Assembly: GCF_036321535.1 (NCBI RefSeq)
Contig: NC_087438.1
Location: 13,704,001-13,768,000 of the forward strand
Length of the DNA stretch: 64,000 nucleotides
DNA from: Camelus dromedarius
Lineage: Eukaryota
Direction of reading: 5' to 3'
Within the stretch, counting starts at the first letter, position 1; the number at the start of each line of letters is the position of its first letter. The notes below the pieces were generated by a model. It was not told the origin of the DNA, made no database searches, and worked only from the letters and a program-made list of their open reading frames with translations. The translations under genes and the position numbers were made by a program. Below, in pieces: positions 24,881 through 37,999 of this stretch.

Positions 24881-25637
24881 TGTCAAAGAGAAACAAAGTC
24901 TAGCACTGGTTAAAGGTGGCAAGACAGAATTTATTCAGTGCTCCTGCAAAAAGGAAGATACCCCAGTGTACCCCGAGCTGAACTCTGATTTGTTCAGAAG
25001 TGACTGGGCTTTTTCTAGGGAGAATGAGGGGGTAGGGAGTGGGGAATGAGTCAGCTGAATGAGTCAGGAAAGTGCAAAATTACAAAAAAGAAATAGTAAG
25101 AGGGTGGCTCACTGTGATGAGACCATCTGTGCGTGCTAACTGGCACTTTAGTAAGATTCTACCCTCCCACAAAGACTGGGAGGCAGGTGTCCTAGATTTC
25201 TTTTTTTTTTTTTAATCTTTTTTTTTTTTTTGAAGCACCATCAGTTACAATATGTCAACTTCTTGTGTACAGCACACTGTCCCAGTCATGCATAGATTTC
25301 TTGATGATTATGAGGAATGGCTTCCATGTCCATGAAAAAAAATACTCCTAAATTGTAAAATATGCATACATATTTAAAGAGAGAAAAAAAGATTTGCAAT
25401 TGTCGACTTTCTAAAGTAAATGGTCTAAGAAATTATCTAAAAATAAGTTTGAGACCTACTGTCAGGTGTTGGAAACTAGATTTTACTGGAACTAACAGTA
25501 AATTCTGTTAACAGCCTTAAGCTTACCCAGGCAGAAGCTCACGGGAGGCTGAGTTGTCCTGGGGACATGGCCTTGGGCTGCTGAAATTCAGGCAAGAGTT
25601 TCGTAAAGTCTCTTCATGAGGGGTAGGCGCTTTGACC
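24881..25637 (-). mobile_element. ERV1-type solo LTR containing a tiny L1 insertion
   Basis: Starts 'tgtcaaagagaaacaaagtc...aaggtggcaagacagaatttattcag' and contains 'ccctcccacaaagactgggagg'. Right end approximate. Confidence 0.7.
25203..25292 (-). mobile_element. Extremely 5'-truncated L1 (about 61 bp plus poly(A))
   Basis: The reverse complement aligns to the L1 terminus at 55366-55436; perfect 10-bp TSD tagatttctt (25193-25202 and 25293-25302). Confidence 0.9.
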
Positions 25638-26089
25638 AACTCTTTCCTGCCAAGAATTTTTGCACTTGTCACCACTCTATTTATTCCTTTCCCAACCCTG
25701 CTGGCTTACCTGCTGGTTTTTAATGAAAATTAAATACTTTCTTTTAGACACAAGAGGAATTGTTAAAAGTATGCAAAGACAAAGAATGAGAAACCTACTC
25801 ATATCTAGAGCTATACTGTATAAGATCAATTTCTTCTAAAGGGAGACTTGTTTTTGTTTGTTCCCCCACGGAGCACCTGCAAACTGAAACTGAAGGGGTA
25901 AATGAGAAGAGGGGCTTCCATTAATACATTGACTTTTTGCATATTTGGGAGAATTATTTGAATGTCACAGAGTAAATGTAGGGCAAAGTTATGAGAAGAA
26001 AATCAATGGCAAGGCACTGAAAGGAGCCAAGGAGAGGGTGAGAAATTAGGTCTCTACTGTAGTGTATAGTCAATAGAAAGAAATGTATT

Positions 26090-26205
26090 CATATATATAA
26101 GACTTTATACTGTATATAATGTTTATGTCTTATATATAAATAATATATGTGTATACATATACATATACATATATACACACACACATATACATAAATGTAT
26201 ATATT
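26090..26205. repeat. AT/AC-rich low-complexity microsatellite
   Basis: Imperfect (TA)n, (CATATA)n and (CA)n read directly. Confidence 0.85.
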
Positions 26206-26429
26206 TAAATACCTGGTAGGGATACTGTTCAAACACTTTAAGTAACAGGAGGGGTTGATAGGCAAATAACTTCTAACAGCCATAATCTTCCTCAAATTGT
26301 CATCAAAGTTTTGAGGGGTATTTGTGTATAAGTGCAGACAAAGAGAGAAAAAGATTTAAGTTTCATTCAGTCCAGGACCCATGTAGTATAGATGTGTCTA
26401 TGACCCTTGGAATTGATGGCAATCCTTAA

Positions 26430-26850
26430 ATGATCAACTGCAAAAATAATAACCACTATTTTTCGGTGGTCTGTAGATTGGCTGTGTGGTTTGGCTAATC
26501 TGGACTGGGTCTGGCCCAGCTAGTCTTGCTGTTGTTTCTGGGTGATGGGTTTGGTGGGAGCTGGCAGTTTGTGCGTCTTGTTGTCTGATGATTCAGCTCT
26601 CCTCCTTGTGTCTCTAGTATCCCTCAGCTGGCTGGTCTGGGCTTGCAGACCAGTAAAGCAGAGAATAAAAGTGCACAAAGACTCTTGAGACCTAGGTCCA
26701 GAATGGTCACAGAGTAACTCTTGCCACATTCCCTTGGTTAAAGGAAGTGAATTCTATCTGTTGAGAAGTTGATCCCTTTCTTCATGAAAGTGCAATGTTC
26801 TATTTTAAAGGATGTGAAAATCATAAGACCATTTTCAATCAGTTAATCCA
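26430..26850 (-). mobile_element. Old LTR (MLT2/MLT1-like)
   Basis: 'tctgtagattggctgtgtggtttggctaatctggactggg', 'ctcttgagacctaggtccagaatgg' and 'tgccacattcccttggttaaagga'. Confidence 0.6.
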
Positions 26851-26959
26851 ACCTGGATTAGGAATTGTATCTATTGCTATTATTACCTTAACTGATGCAG
26901 ACAGTGTTGTCTTGTATTGGGTTTCACACTGATGGCTCAAGAAACATCAACTCTGTTCA

Positions 26960-27097
26960 TTGACAGAATGTTGCTAGCCTCGAATTATCTGCAGTGGAAG
27001 TATTTACATCAAAGAAATAATAAAATGCCATAAATCAAGGCTTTTATTTCCTTATTTATTTACACCTGGTTGTTAAATATTTACCAGCATACTATTG
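26960..27097 (+). mobile_element. MER63-like hAT relic
   Basis: 'gtggaagtatttacatca' and terminus 'ctggttgttaaatatttaccagcatactattg'; related to 47048-47750. Confidence 0.55.
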
Positions 27098-28108
27098 GGT
27101 TCATCTATTAACAAAAGCCTAAAATATATGGCATAATATTTGGGAGATGAGAGACCAAAAAAAATGAAATTGGAGTTTGAAAAGTTACAGATTCATGTTG
27201 GGAAGTTGAAAAACTGGTAACACTGAAGCCTCTGAAGCCTCTAGATACTGGTGAAGAGCTTTCAAACCTGAAAATAATAGTGTGCAGTGACTGTTGTTTG
27301 TTACTGAAAAATAGAGATGAGCACAGACAGGAGTTGGCTGGTTTTTGAGCAATAATTGAAAAAAACTAGTTTCTAGAGATTGAAGGCCTTATGAGACTGG
27401 AATCACTGCCTGTCTCGATCCATTAAACAGTATGGGATAAAATTGAAAAAAAATTTTTAGGAACAAAGTAAAACTTCTCATTGGGAAGAAGTGACTTAGC
27501 TTTGCAGGTCCCAGTTGTCCGAGAGTCTGTCCTAAGAGTAAAGTCCAAGCACTTTGTCACGAAATGCTCTTCATGTTCTGTTTCCTTCTTTCTTTTCTGG
27601 TATTATTTTTCCCTTTACCTTAACTTCAGCAATTCCAAGCTAGTTTGAGTAAGTGATCTTTTATCATTTCTGGACCTTTGCACTAATAACCCTTCTCTAT
27701 GGAATTCCACCCATTCAACCACAAACTGCTAAAACATAGTTATTCTGGGGGCTGCATTAATTGTCTTCTCCAAAATTATTTTCTGACCATCCATGCATGA
27801 TTTAGGTAACCTTGTAACATTATAGTGTATTGAATAGTTGTCTTAAATATTTTTGCCACTAGTTTCAGAGTTCCAGAAAGGCTGGACTTGTGCCAAATTT
27901 ATTGTTAACTGTAGAGCAGCATATGTACTAGATATTCAGTAAATAGCTGCTAAATTAAATAATTAAAGATAACATACATGAAAGTTTTCAAATATATGTT
28001 ATCATTTTCCCATTATTTTAGAATAAGAAAAAATACTAATAGTGATTGTATTCTGCCATTATTTTATAATATAAAAGGAAAAAAGAAACATCAACAATTT
28101 ATAATTAT

Positions 28109-29140
28109 TGTAAGCAATTGATTAAGTAGTTAGATAAGTGAAGGCACCGGGCAGATAGGTGGAGGAGAGGGAGGATGGTCTGGAAGTTGGCGTTATGCTC
28201 GCCTTCAGCATAAAGGGACTCTACTTCTAAATGAGTGCCAGCCAAAACACTGGTTAAAACCTGACAGCCAGGACATCACAGTAGCAGAAAGGACTTAACT
28301 GGACAGGACCCAATGTTTATTGTATTATAATTAACATTGTGGTTTAGGCCCCACCCACACCCCCCACGCCCCCGCCATGGGCTTTTCTTGTATACATTAT
28401 GGGTAAGTGAAGGAGAATTAATAAACTGGCTAACAAATTTTTGGATTTATGCCTACTGCTTGCTTGTAGAACAATCAGCAAACCTGACTGATCAGACACT
28501 GCTCCAAGCCCCAGGCCCATTGTTAAAGCTAAAGTTGTTGATACTACTGTTTGATTTTACCTTATTCTGATAATTACAATCATGTTTGGCATTTGAGTCA
28601 TTCCCCAGGAAAGGAGGTCATGGACTGATGACCTTCCAGATCACCAGGAGGTTGCATGATACCAAACCGACTCATCAAGATTAAGGAGGAAGTTCCATCA
28701 GCGACCCTTGCTGATCATGGCCGTCTTTTATGCTCCCACCTGTTGTCATCACCTTTCATGCTCCAATCTGTTCATCTGTATAATCACTAAGCCCCAACCC
28801 CAAGACGGGTTCACAGTTTTGAAGGCACGAGCCTGCTGTGAGTCCCCTTTGCCTGGCAAAGTAATAAAGCTGTCTCTTTTCTTCTAAGCTTTCAGGTCTT
28901 GTCTCTGAATCGTTTGGCTTGTCAGGGATGGACCCAATAATTCAGCAACATAAGGACATGCATAGAGGGGCCAAACAGGACTAAGCATTCTAGGGATGAG
29001 AGCCACAAATCAATCAAGAGACCACCTCTAAGTGAGGGTGTAAGAGAAGGGGAGACAAAAACCACTGCTTTCCCTCCCTTGGATCAGCCCACCTCCCATT
29101 CCTGGGGGTGTACTTGGGGGTGTAATTATGGCCTTTACCT
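28109..29140 (+). mobile_element. Host ERV LTR interrupted after its first 30 bp
   Basis: 'tgtaagcaattgattaagtagttagataag' continues as '(taag)gacatgcatagagggg...' after the insertion. Right end approximate. Confidence 0.55.
28139..28950 (+). mobile_element. ERV1-type solo LTR (about 810 bp)
   Basis: Runs TGAAGG to GCAACA with perfect 4-bp TSD taag (28135-28138 and 28951-28954); 'ccctttgcctggcaaagtaataaagct' gives AATAAA at 28863. Confidence 0.85.
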
Positions 29141-30368
29141 TTTGGGGTAACAGTTGCAAACAGATTCAGATTTCAGAAATGGTAAACTTAAAAAAAAAAA
29201 GGTTGTTTAGAATCAAGCTGTTATTAATATCAGGACTACTTCCCCCTCCATAAAAGGAAAGGAATGAGCTTTACTCAACAAATATAGAATCTAATTTTAT
29301 ATGCTCTCCTTTCAAATAAAAGAAAAGCAGTTCATGTTAGAAAATTTAAGTGCTTATAGCAACACTGACATAAAAATATTTCAAATCAGAAGTTTATCAA
29401 AGATAGTGATAAGCTATCTTTGTAATCATTTATACATTGAAATACATGAAGTATATATTACATTCAACCAATCTTAAGTAAATGTTTACATTTCAATGCC
29501 ATTTTAACAATGAGCAGTTTGAATATTGAATTTTAAATTCATACGTAATACACTGCTTAAATTCCAATAGATAACAATTAGCAGGTTTTAAAATGCACAT
29601 TATCAGGTTCTAATGTATTTTCTCTCCTAAATAAATGAATTTGCCCTACGGCTTTATCATAATTGAGGTGGGCAGAGGAGAAAAGTTTTGCAGAAATACG
29701 AGTTCCCTGTGAGTAGTAGTAATTGAATTCCCACAGTGAGTCTTCCACAGCAGATAACAAATCCATTGGAAATCTGATTCCATAAAGTTAAGCAATATTT
29801 GCTGTGATTTTCATATAAAATCCTTGCAATACCCAGCTGCTACTTTTTTATTTAATTGTATAATTTGTTTCAGAATGAGTTTTTCTTTCATTTTCCACCC
29901 AATGTCAATTCTAAAAGCAGTGCTCTGAGGTACCAACCATGGAGTAAATCCTGTTCATTTTTAGGCTTTTATTTGCCACACCAAGTCAAGTTGAAGGAAA
30001 AAGAAAAGTATGACTGCGTGATAGGATGGCAATATTTATAAAGTATCTATATCTTATATCACATTCCAAATCATACTGAGGAAATGATTATTGCTTGACA
30101 TTCAATGGAAATTAAAGAAATTTTCAACAACGTAGAATACTAGTGTTGTTTTGTCCATTCCGCCGAGAATATACTACAGTCACAAAAGAAGAAAAAAATA
30201 GTTAATTTGGAAATATTTTTTGCAAAGGGATCTGAGAATATAATTTTTTAAAAATTTGGGGGCATTTTAAAATTAACTTTGGGCAGATTTGATCATTAAA
30301 ATTAGTTTTTATCTTTTACTAATAGAATATATGTATCACTTTCTAGTATCTATTTTAAGTAATCCTAG

Positions 30369-30442
30369 TACACACACACACACACACCCCAAACACACAC
30401 ACAGACCCTCATAGACATGCAAACACACAACAATACACACAC
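30369..30442. repeat. Imperfect (CA)n microsatellite
   Basis: Read directly. Confidence 0.85.
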
Positions 30443-33400
30443 TGATGTAAATACATGTTCCATAAACAAAATTAAATGATGCATTAAATAATGTACAATA
30501 TGAATTTTGCTTCCAAAGGTAATTGTGAATGTTGCAAATAGTCTAAAGGCCACTCATTGCATGCAATCAATCAATCAAAATAAAAATAAAAAATAAAAAA
30601 TTCTTACATTGATGTAATACTTTAAAAGTTCAGGTCTTTATATTTTGCAGAGTTGATTATAATTTGGTGGTGCAAATTGCTTCCTGCAAATTCCTTGTTT
30701 AAGTATCTAGGTGTATAAGCTATGAACACTTACTATATATATTAGTCTCTAAGTGTAAATGTGTAGCAGCTGGTTAAACGTATTACAGGAATAAGTGTTG
30801 GATAGGTTCTTTGTAACACAGAAGGTGTTAAAACATTAAGGAGACAGGTCTTACTGGCCAGATTCCAGTATCTGTGGAGTTGTGATCACATAACACACGG
30901 GACTATAGCTCAAGTAAAATCACTATGTATGTAAAATAGCCTTTCAGCCCAGAGTGGAGAGGTTTAATCTGGGACAGTGTGCTACATCAGATTCTATTTG
31001 ACACCTTGTCCACCAAACTGCCTGCAGTAATAAGCTGTCCATTTTAATTGAAATGAAGCAATACATTATCAAGTAAGGAAGAATTCTTTATTAAATGTTA
31101 ATTCAGGGTTTTAAGACAGCTGATTAAGTCATATTTAGCAAAGAGTAGAACTATGTGGAAATGAGTGTTGTGCAAGTATGTAGAGGAGCTAAGGAATTCC
31201 CCGTAGCAGGGGACATTGATTATAAAGGAAACTTGTACAATCTTAGTTAAAATAAATCATAAATGAAAATTCAAAACAGATAAGAGGTGGCATTGTGTAT
31301 GGTCAGTTTTGCTTATAGAAAAGTTTTTGTTCAGATCTATTTTTTCAAATAGACTAATAAGGAAGGATTATAATAAACTGCAAAACTCATATTTTTTGTG
31401 GAACTATCTTTGTGTGAAAGTTTGAATAATCAAGCAAAGTATAAACAAGTGCAGACAATCGGGAGCAACACTTCAATATTTAATACATAAAGTATTCAAA
31501 CAAAAGCATTTCTAATCACCAAAATACATTTTTCAATTTTTCAATAATTATCTAAAATATTTTTTATTGTATCACAAATACATTTTTAAAAATCTTATCT
31601 GAATTCTGTAAAGTGTATTAATTTAAAATAGGCTAAACTCAGCTTACAATCTAGCTGTATATTAGCAAAGAAATCCGCATGGAATGTATATATAACTATA
31701 AAATTTGTAAGTTTGATGCTTTTGATACAAAACTACTTTTAATACAAATCTACTTGTTAGTATCAGTCTCCAGATATTTGACTGGACCAACCAGCTCTAA
31801 AAACAAAATAATACAAATTATGTGATTCTTTGGCTATAGCTTACAGAAAGATATATGCAAATGAAGACAAGGTGGCAATTATTGGAATCAGAATGATTGG
31901 TACTGTAGAGTGACTCCTGATTAAGATAACCTAAAGCTGGCTGAAATAAAGAGGGACATTTGATTCACACAATTAGAACAGCGGTTTCCTCATTGGGCTA
32001 ATACTCCAGAGTTACTTTCCCAGGAAACATTTTGCTGAAGAACAGAAGGAATCAGAGAATAGCAAATTCCTTTTCTTTTTTTCTTTAATACTATCCCACA
32101 AGATCCCAACCATAAAGGATGTTTGGATTTTTGGCACCTTAAACATTTTTTTTCCTTTTTCCTCTCTTAGAATATTGCTTATTAATCCTTAGTATCCAAA
32201 GAACATGGGTAATTATAATAGTTACTAACTTAGCAATGCTGTAGGTGAAAATGATTCCCTGTAAAATGAGAATCAAAAGACAATGTTTATGTTTCTTCTT
32301 GGACGATATTCACTCACTGAATAACAGTAACTGTTATAGAAGTTATCCTAAAAGAATCTGACTTCAGTCATCTAAGATTTTCTTTAGAAATATAAATAAT
32401 GTAGAGAATGGACTAAGTACAGTATGGAAAACAGATTTTGTTTTCTCTAATCTCTAATTTCTTCCAATATATTAGCTGTTTAACTCTTTCTCCAACCCTT
32501 AAATATATCCAGTTAAAAGTAGCTCTCATCTCTCCAAGCTCAGGGACCAGCAGAGGAATTTTGTAAATAGTAAATCAAATTTAACATGGTTAAGTCATTA
32601 CATATGTATAATGGCACCATATACACATATAAAGGCGCCAGTATGTCTTACCTAATCTGCCCAAAATTGTTTACATGAACTCAATAGACTTTCAAAGAAA
32701 ACATTGTAAGCAAATATCATTAATCAACAAAATGATATTTGGCCAGTGTGAATTTAGCATTAATATACCACAGACTAGCATTCTTTCATATATGTTGCTA
32801 TTATATGATACAGTGGCAAGAGAATTGATGTACATATCTTAAATTCTGAGCTGTAGATACATCATTTAGAAAATGGGGCATTTGGACTTTCTTTGTAATT
32901 TTGAAAGTTCCTTCAAAAAGATTGCTTTTTAAATGATATTTTGTAGCTATTAAACTTTATTTTAAATAATCATTTTTCTACCATATACTAAGTTTCTTTT
33001 TTGTATTAATATATTTCAAAACTTTCCCTCTAACTCTGGTGGTTGAGAACAGTGCTTAATTTTAACTGTCTCCTTTTACTGCTTTGTTTTTTTCTCTGAT
33101 ATTGAGTTAATGCAACTGATGAAATGACAAAAAATCAATCTTTTCAACCCAAAGAAGTTCTTAAATTTCTTCCAATAATCAGTAATCCCTGGGTTTCTGC
33201 CTTATTGATAGAACATCTCCTATGACCTGACTCAACCTCCTGACTCCCAGAAAGAGAACAGAGATGCAGGTTTATTTTCCACCAAAAGTGCTCCTGGCAA
33301 TAAATAATGCCAACTTCATTGAAAATAATAATGAAATCACTCATTTAAACTTAGGAAATAAAGTGATTGACAATGATCACCCTTTAATTAAAGTTTAACA

Positions 33401-35719
33401 TCTTGTAACAAATCTGATTGGGATCAATACAACAGAGCAGTCTTTCTTGATATATTTATTCCACTTTGCTGCCTTTATATGGCATTTATAATGTTGCCTG
33501 TTTATATGCTGTTTGAATTGTGTGGGATGGGTTTGCCTGAATTCCAATGAGGATTTTTGTTTTTAATTTCCATTTTTAAGTCCTTTGATCAGCACCTGAC
33601 ACACAGTGTACTGATCTAGGAATAAGAGTTTCATCCTATGAAAAGCTATCTGAGTAGATATTAAAGAACATATTCATAGTTACTGCTGGCAACACATAAC
33701 CAAATTAAATGTAGCCTATGATCATATTCAAGTCAGCACACTATAATTTAAAACAAAGTGAACAATAAATGTCTACTATCAAGAAGAAACTTGAGAATAA
33801 AAAAAAATCATTACTCTTGGTTGATAGTTTTATGCCTTTCTACTTTTAATTTAATGAGATCTAAAATATGAACCTACTTTTAAGGTTATTTGAGATAAAT
33901 GATTTTCATAACCAGTCATGACAAAGAGAAAAACTACATGCAATCCTGATCATTTTTTAATTCAAACTACATAAGGATCTATTGTCATTAAAACATGAGG
34001 AATAATAGATTTTTCTATTATAGCAACTGCAAGTAAAATAAAAGTCAAAATAAATCTAGTAGTTTCATACTCTAAATGGACTTATATGTTAAGTCCTTAT
34101 TAATAATGTGTAATAGATAAATTTTAAGTCAAAATTTGAATGCTTTCCATGCAGTAAAACAGCTAAAAGGGAGTATAAGCCCTTATTTGGTGGTAATATT
34201 ATTAGAAATTAAGTTCTATTATTTTTCTTTTTAGGATTAAAATAGTCATACCCATGGACAGGCAAATTCCACTTCAGATATCTATTCCAGACATTCAGCT
34301 TAATTTACACTAAAACAATGATTAAGACAATCAAATTAGGAAGTTTGTGGCTCAGCTGTCTTTTGACTGTCTTCCCAACCAAGGAAATTAGGAAGACTTA
34401 ATGTAAAGACAAAACTATCAAAACAAAATGAACCCTGGAATGTCAGTTCGTTGTCTTACATACAAGGTCTTTAATAGTGTCTCCATTTAAGTTTCTTTTT
34501 TTCAGTTTTTAATTTACTCAAATAATATTCTTCAAATATATTTTCTTTTAAATAAGACATCTGAAGCCACCTAATATTCATTTCTATTAATGTCTTTTTT
34601 AGAATACATTGGATTTATACTATAATTGATGCTATGATTGATAGAAACTAAAAATTATCAAGAACACCTGTAATTTATTTTATATGTATTACTATATTAG
34701 ATAAAGCACAAAGAATGCTTTACGCCCTTATAATTTCAGAAATAACACTTCTAAAATGTATTTGTTAAGTTTTTTTCCTCTTTTTGAGGGTTGTAATTTT
34801 TTCTTCCTATTCCAATTTGTTGTTTAGAAAGGAACACATATTTCACACCCATGCTTCTAAGTTGGGTGATTTTTCCTCTATCCTGGAGACTTTCCATTAT
34901 TCTCTATATACCCCATCTCAGACAATATTCTCCAAGATAAAAGTTTGGCATGAGAACTTCAGCATAGAATTTGAGTTCCACTTTTTTTTTTAACTTGAGT
35001 CATCTTTATCTTCTAGTCCATCCAGAACAGAAATGGTTTTCTTGTGCAGAAGTACTTATGATTTAACAGGTTTTAACAACTCATTTACCTGCAGATCTAG
35101 AGAAACATTCTTCCATTAGTTTTATCAGTGCAAATATAGTATTTCGTTTTCATCCACTTGTCTCTTCTGACTTCTTTCTACAGTTTTTAGGTTATTCTAT
35201 TGCTTCTGTCATTTAAAAATTGCATGCCCTACATGATTTTGAGAGTTACCTCCATAGTCATTGCTATGGTTTGTAAATTGTATTTAAATCCTACTGATAT
35301 TTGTCAATTTTTATGGCTTAAAGGTAGTTACAAATATATTTTAACATTTCCCTGGTGATATAAACATATATTCTAATAGATTGTATTAGTAAAATAATTA
35401 TTTGACAATTATTTACTTATAACTTATTTTATTGTGAACAGTTATATATGTTATTTGACATTTCTCAACTCTTTGATTGTTTAACATATTTAGTTTTTAG
35501 CTAACTCTTTATCACTTAAATTTTATTTCTGTAATATTCTCTAATAGATAAAAATAGTCTGTTTTTTAAATACTATTTTCAAGTGTTAATATATTTTAAC
35601 TTATTTTTCCATGTAAACATTGAAATAACCAGTTGCATTCAATAATGTATATATTTTCCTTTATTTTTTTCTTTCTGCTTTTTTATTTCTTTCTTTCATT
35701 TCTGCTTTCTCTCATTTTT

Positions 35720-35880
35720 AAAAATATTTATTGACTGCCTATAACATCCCACATGATGATGTAGGCAGCTGAGAGGCAATAATAAAAACTTCTAAAGCCT
35801 ATGCCTTCTAGGAGCTTTATCTCTGATAGAAAAGGAAGTTCAACTGGGGGAGATTATGGAAGGCCTTGAATGCCTGAAGC
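35720..35880 (-). mobile_element. L2 fragment
   Basis: 'aatattttattgactgcctat...gcctatgccttctaggagctttatctc' and 'atggaaggccttgaatgcc'. Confidence 0.55.
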
Positions 35881-35909
35881 TTGATTGTGCTGGAGGTTTG
35901 GAATCATTT

Positions 35910-36510
35910 GTGGAATATATCAAAACCAAGCCCATCATACTCAGAGTCAATGGGCATGATCAGCAGCACCTACTTCACCTGCAAGGACATCGTTTTAAGA
36001 GTCCATCTCAGCCATCTCCGTGAGTCTTCCCTCCACCCATCCCACTCTCCATGCCTGTTATAGCCACTAAGTCAAACACCCTGAGGAAAACCAGCCTTGC
36101 CCAGAGCATGAGCAAGTATGATCTTCTCATTCGGTTTGAGATCAGTGGACCCGAGTCTGTTGGAAAGTGTACCCCAGCTGTGGCTGACTATACAACAGGC
36201 TTGCCTTGCTAAAGGGCAATTTTGCTCCACCATGAGATTCGGCAAAAGATGACAGTGACTGTTACCTAAGAGAAGGGAATAATCTCCATGGAAAGACACT
36301 GGTGTGCTGACGGCAGGATTAGGAACAAGGCTGAGGTGGATAAAGCTTCAGTCAATGCCATCCTCTCCCTGCATGTCATCTCTGCCAAGAATCTGAAGTC
36401 TTCACCAAACACTAGCAGGTGGGGTGCCATAAAAAGCATGTTGAGTCAGCCCTGTGAGGGCTGTTTTTCACACCATTAAATTCCTTGTTCAATAATCACT
36501 CCTGTTCAGA
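35910..36510 (+). mobile_element. Probable ancient LTR (ERVL/MamGyp-like)
   Basis: Block richer in GC, with 'cataaaaagc' followed by 'ccattaaattccttgttc' in TATA then poly(A)-signal order. Family not recognised. Confidence 0.35.
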
Positions 36511-36936
36511 TAAAGAAACAAATTCCCTTCTCACTTCTAAGATCTCTCTCAGTTTTGAAGGAAAAATACAGAATCTGTGTGACTGGATTGCATAACATGC
36601 CTTGGCCTCACATTGTACCAGATTACAGCTTAATGAAGTCATCTCTAATTCTAAGCTTTCATCTTCTTATCAAACATTTGGAATACACACACCATACAGA
36701 ACAATTGTTGGAGAACCTAACAACTGTAGAGATTGTTATAATATTTTGGAAAAAGTCATGCTGTAAAAATTTTTCAACTTTCACAATATTTAAAGTTACT
36801 TCCTGTTTATGAAAATAAATGAATACATATAAACATAAATACCTAAATAAATAAATACAGAAACAAATACGCACATACATAACATACGTTACTGAGGAAG
36901 AAAAAAACTATAGAGGAAGCAGACAAAAGTTTGGGA

Positions 36937-37095
36937 CATTTTATCCTCACAACCCTATGAGGTGTATTTTACTATCCCCATTTAACAGTCAAGTAAACTG
37001 ATGCTAAGAGATATGGAAGCTAAGAATAACTGACATGAGGCCAGCAACTAGCAAGGGACACAGCTGGGGTGTGAACAAGGTTTGCAGAGACCCAA
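36937..37095 (-). mobile_element. MIR SINE
   Basis: Antisense MIR core 'atcctcacaaccctatgaggtg...tatccccatttaacagtcaagtaaactgatgct'. Confidence 0.8.
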
Positions 37096-37999
37096 TATTT
37101 TACTTAAAACCGTGACACTGAAGGGCTCCCCAACTTAGCCCAACTCACCAGCTCCAAACTCATGAAAGAGAAAGACTAGTGAAAGGGCCCTGGTCTGTAT
37201 CAGTGAGGAGTATTGTACAAGGCATAAGGGCTGGACAGCCCCTCTGTGGTTTTCGTTTGTATGAGTGCCCTGGTTTCAATGTAAATCTACTACGATGAAG
37301 GGGAAAAGGAATTTTAAAGTAGGTCAAGGTGTTCAGAAGCACATGGCTGTTCTCTCTTCCTTCCAAAGCAATTTTTTTTTTATTTTCCAACCAATCAACA
37401 AGTGTTTAATGAGGCCTAGCATATTGGGTACATTGAACTAAACATAAGTACAAAAGTATAAGGCACAATCTCTGCCAGCTTGACATGTACAACCTAAACA
37501 TTTCTCAGGAATTACTCCATGGTTAAAAATCAAATTTGGACTTAGTTACTAGACTCAAAATGAATATTATTTGAAGTCAATATTTTAAAGAAAAACATTA
37601 CACCCCACGTTTATCAGGGTATGAAATTTATTCTTAGTAATATTAACTTGTTGTTATCAATCAAAATGGTACATTTGTTAAAATTCTCCTCCTCTCCTTT
37701 ATTTTGAATAAAGATTTTTTTGAAAACGGATTTTTGAAGTTAGGAAGTCGAAGTGCTTGGGTACAAACTGGGCCAGCAGTTTTCTGGGCAAAAGAGTTCT
37801 GAGCTACTCTGTGAACCTAGCTCCTCTCCAGGCCATTTTGAGGACAACATAAAGCACATTTTTACATAAGATGTTTTTGCCATCCAGAAGAAGGAGTCAG
37901 CACCATGGAGAGAGGTCTAGACCAGAGAAACGTTTCATAGTAAAATTCAGCACCAACTGGGGGGCAATACCAAGGAAGTAAGTGCTACATGAGTTCTTA

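Noticed and set aside
37950..37975. CTCF-like motif 'ccaactggggggcaat'
   Set aside because: Imperfect core within probable old LTR sequence; cannot be supported without a PWM scan or ChIP data.
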